Positions 61,827 through 64,000 of a stretch of DNA of 64,000 bases are shown one piece after another. The DNA comes from Mustelus asterias (taxonomy: Eukaryota). The DNA is taken from assembly GCF_964213995.1 (NCBI RefSeq), contig NC_135816.1, forward strand, positions 18,104,001 to 18,168,000. Reading direction: 5' to 3'. The position numbers and the translations under genes are program-made. Position 1 is the first letter of the stretch, and each line of letters opens with the position of its first letter. Below the pieces are notes generated by a model. It was not told where the DNA came from, made no database searches, and was given only the letters and a program-made list of their open reading frames with translations.

Positions 61827-61840
61827 CCACTAGATGGCGC
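61827..61840 (+). promoter_or_regulatory. CTCF-type motif
   Basis: CCACTAGATGGCGC fits the CTCF core consensus at all positions and lies in non-repetitive sequence. Confidence 0.55.
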
Positions 61841-62426
61841 GTCACTCTATGATCAAAGTCAAAGCATTCTGTACTGACAGACATTCAGTTTGTTTGATGG
61901 ACATTATGCTTTAATATTCGATCAGCATCAGTGCTGACTTAAGAAACAGGCTGTTCTAAGAAGCAGTCTGGTAGCTTTAACCTGTGGAATTCCAAAAGCT
62001 TAAGGAAAAACTTTAGCCAAAACAAAGCTTAATGTCTCAGTAATAAAACACCTCAGTGCCAAGAGTCGTTTTATTTGCATATTTCTCGCCCTATAAACCT
62101 GAAATGAACAGTGAGGAAATTGTTCAAATTAGAAGTTAGGAATGATTCACTTTATTTCTATTCCCCCATGCATTCCGTTTTTATTCCCCAGCCACTTTTC
62201 TTGCCAAATAGCCCTTTCCCAGTAAAAATTTACTTGTATTTTTCTATCTTCTCTTGCCCAATTCACTACCTCTTTCTCTGGTTTTAAATATGGCCTGCCT
62301 GCTTTTCCCGTCTATCCTCTTCTGCTATGACCTTTTGAGGCCAGAAACATTGGATTCTGCTCAGCTGGACACTAGTTGTCAACGGCAACAGTAACTGGCA
62401 GCTTACACAGCAGCTTAATGTTAGTA

Positions 62427-62736
62427 AAGTTAAAAGTTTATTTTATTAGTCGCAAGTAGGCTTACATTAGCACTGCAATGAAGTTACTGTGAAAATCCTC
62501 CTCGTCGCCACACTCCGGCGCCTGTTCGGGTACTCTGAGGGAGAATTTAACATGGCCAATGTACCTAACCAGCACGTCTTTCGGACTGTGGGAGGAAACT
62601 GGAGCACCCGGAGGAAACCCACGCAGACACGGGAGAATGCTCAAAACCCACATACACAGTGACCCAGCCAGGAATTGAACCCAGGTCCCTGGCGCTGGAA
62701 GGCAGCAGTGCTAACCACTGTGCCACCGTGCCGCCC
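62427..62736 (-). mobile_element. V-SINE, second tail type
   Basis: Full-length match to the other copies. Confidence 0.85.
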
Positions 62737-62889
62737 ATAAAAGCCCCAAGGTGTTTTCAAGGATGAGTTAAAGATGTGTTTACGCATATCTGATAATTAT
62801 ATGTTCATTCAATAAATGTGATTAGGATACTTTGCAATTGGTCATTGGTCCATGCTCGTGTGTTGAACTCTTTCCCACAGCGTTACCTC

Positions 62890-63795
62890 TGATCATGTCC
62901 CTCCAAGGCTCTATCATTGGCCCCTCCTATTTCTCAGCAACATCATTTGAACAGTACTAGTTTCCTCTGACAAACATGAGCTCATCCACACCACCATTTC
63001 TCCACCTCGCCGCTGTCTCCAAACATTGTTTTTCTGACTTCTGATATCTGGATGAACAGAAATGCCCTCCAAGTGAATATTGGGAAGATTGAATCCACTC
63101 AGTTCAATCCCCATCACAAACTTTGTTCTCTAGCCACCCCACTCCATCCCTCTCCCTGGCAACTGTCTGAGGTTGATCTAGGCTGTTTGCCCCGCTGGTG
63201 TCATACTTACTCTCTAAATGAGCTCGTAACCATATATCTCACATCCATGCACTTGTTACATCTAAACTCGACGGTTTCATTGCACTCCTGGCTGGCTAGC
63301 CATCTTCTGCCTTCCATAGACTTGAGATCAACCAAAACTGCTGCTTGTGTCCTAATTGCACTAAGTTCGATTCATTCATCACCCCTGTGCTCACTAACCA
63401 ATATTGGATCCTGATTAAGCAGCACCTCAATTTTAAAATTCTCATTCTTGTCCCTATTTATGTCTATAATCTCATTCAGTCCTACAACCTTCTGTGATAT
63501 ATGAACTTCTCTAATTCTGGACTTTTACACATGCCCGATTTTGATTTCTCCACCATTGGTGGTCCTGCCTTTAGCTGCCATGGTCTTAAGCTCTGGAATT
63601 CATTCCCTAAAGCTTCCCATCCCCATACATCTCTTTTCTCCTTTTAACGCATTCCTTAAAAGCTACCATTCTGGCCACACCTTTGGTCACTTTAATGGCC
63701 CTTTACATGGCTCAATGTCAAATTTTGCTCTTGTGGAACGCCTTGGGGTGTTTTATTATATTATGTGCACTATCCAAATACCAGTTGTTCTTGTT
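62890..63795 (+). mobile_element. Old L2 LINE 3' portion
   Basis: VPPRLYHWPLLF (PQGS.LGPLLF remnant), WMNRNALQVNIGKIE, AACVL..SSIHSSPL, LWNS and an L2-type tail. Confidence 0.65.
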
Positions 63796-64000
63796 AAAGC
63801 AAGAGCTAATTTTAGCCAGGGAAGAAATCATCTCTTACAAAAGTGCTGCACAGAATTATCAGGGCTGGAGTAGGTCGATCACCTAAGGGGGAGGAGAGGA
63901 ATTTACTGGAATGTTTTTCCTCCAAATTGGTCTAGGTTTTCAATCTGGTTTTCTCTCCTCTCCTAGAAGATGACGTTATTTTGAATGGGGTATATATTGT

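Noticed and set aside
43400-64000. SPARC, the downstream neighbour in human
   Set aside because: No coding exon was recognised in the window.

Overview
Eukaryotic, repeat-dominated genomic DNA, most likely from a shark or other cartilaginous fish, judged from HE1-type V-SINEs, CR1/HER1 LINEs and Deu-domain SINEs. One host gene can be read directly from the sequence: the copper chaperone ATOX1 on the + strand. Its coding exons are 28287-28292, 34637-34712 and 37563-37687, giving a 68-aa protein with the MTCEGC and KKTGK motifs, and there is a probable non-coding last exon near 43118-43395. The first exon sits in a CpG island between two minisatellites: a ~49-bp palindrome-bearing array upstream and a 23-bp G-rich array in intron 1 whose unit nearly copies the exon-1 splice donor. 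The rest is nested transposable elements. These include CR1, L2 and Rex/Babar LINE fragments, several SINE families, Harbinger-type elements and MITEs, Penelope-like fragments with hammerhead cores, a decayed Gypsy gag, and a rearranged Gmr1-like Gypsy provirus that contains a U2-snRNA-headed element. No prokaryotic system or CRISPR array is supported. Most ORFs in the supplied track are repeat artefacts. Repeat boundaries were read by eye and are approximate, and family names come from recognition, not database searches.
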